Below, one piece after another: positions 41,027 to 41,081 of a stretch of 41,081 nucleotides of DNA. Numbering within the stretch: position 1 is the first letter of the stretch; every line of letters starts with the position of its first letter. The position numbers and the translations under genes are program-made. The stretch lies in the IMG/VR virus record IMGVR_UViG_3300045988_078321; one strand, written 5' to 3'. The stretch is from a virus. A model generated the notes under the pieces. It was not told the DNA's origin. It saw only the letters and a program-made list of their open reading frames with translations, and searched no databases.

Positions 41027-41081
41027 TAAACCAATAAAAAACAAAAGTCATGAGTTTAGTTGCAACCAGACTGCAAAATTG
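41027..41081. repeat. Terminal direct repeat, exact copy of 1..55
   Basis: Identical 55-mer that includes the first 32 nt of the capsid ORF. Confidence 0.95.

Noticed and set aside
1-41081. Stop-codon reassignment (TAG or TGA recoding), as seen in some gut Bacteroidota phages
   Set aside because: Long intact ORFs with expected motifs (TMP, TerL, C5-MTase, portal) read through in the standard code. Genes end at all three stop codons with immediate downstream starts.
1-41081. Temperate lifestyle (integrase, attP, CI-type repressor)
   Set aside because: No tyrosine or serine recombinase motifs were recognised in any ORF. The single XRE-type HTH is small and sits in an early operon. Lysogeny through an unrecognised mechanism cannot be excluded from sequence alone.

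Overview
The window is a complete tailed dsDNA phage genome of about 41.0 kb. The first 55 nt are repeated exactly at the end, which is a circular-assembly overlap, so the unique length is 41,026 bp. Every credible gene is on the + strand. Many genes are joined by ATGA or short start/stop overlaps. The long minus-strand ORFs are shadows of + strand genes.

Host inference: Bacteroidota. The reasons are several textbook Bacteroides-type promoters (TTTG-N18/19-TAnnTTTG), A-rich leaders that mostly lack Shine-Dalgarno sequences, and overall AT-richness.

Gene order:
- Head and tail: major capsid (24..1136), then connector and tail genes, a 1196-aa tape measure (4672..8262), baseplate proteins, two paralogous receptor-binding proteins, and a CBM5/12-like protein (to 14820).
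- Lysis cassette: holin candidate, Amidase_3 endolysin and a spanin-like protein (14943..16688).
- Early region (16.7-19.9 kb): small orphan genes, each behind its own copy of a repeated promoter plus leader-hairpin cassette. It ends in an acidic small protein followed by an XRE-type HTH gene.
- Recombination and replication module: PD-(D/E)XK nuclease, a phiC31-gp3-like protein, a winged-helix initiator with an origin inside its gene, and a RuvC-like resolvase.
- DNA-modification / anti-restriction stretch: C5-MTase with an oversized variable region, an ArdA-like protein, a DUF5664-like protein, a minimal N6-MTase-like protein, HNH nucleases, SSB, ASCH and MazG-like proteins.
- Packaging and head assembly: ParB-MTase fusion, TerS, TerL, a GC-rich structural gene, portal and scaffold.

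I did not recognise an integrase, DNA polymerase, helicase, primase, tRNA, CRISPR array or reverse transcriptase.

The signals I consider most worth follow-up:
1. A dispersed regulatory cassette: a host-type promoter plus a conserved CCGGG-loop-CCCGG leader hairpin, placed 17-19 nt upstream of six start codons.
2. An anti-CRISPR-like (acr-aca) operon arrangement at 18997..19908.
3. An iteron plus AT-rich origin inside the initiator gene.
4. Three perfect or near-perfect 27-bp tandem repeats in front of the lysis genes.
5. An (ATG)8 poly-Met tract inside the ParB-methyltransferase.

All functional calls come from motif recognition by eye and from gene order. No database search was run.
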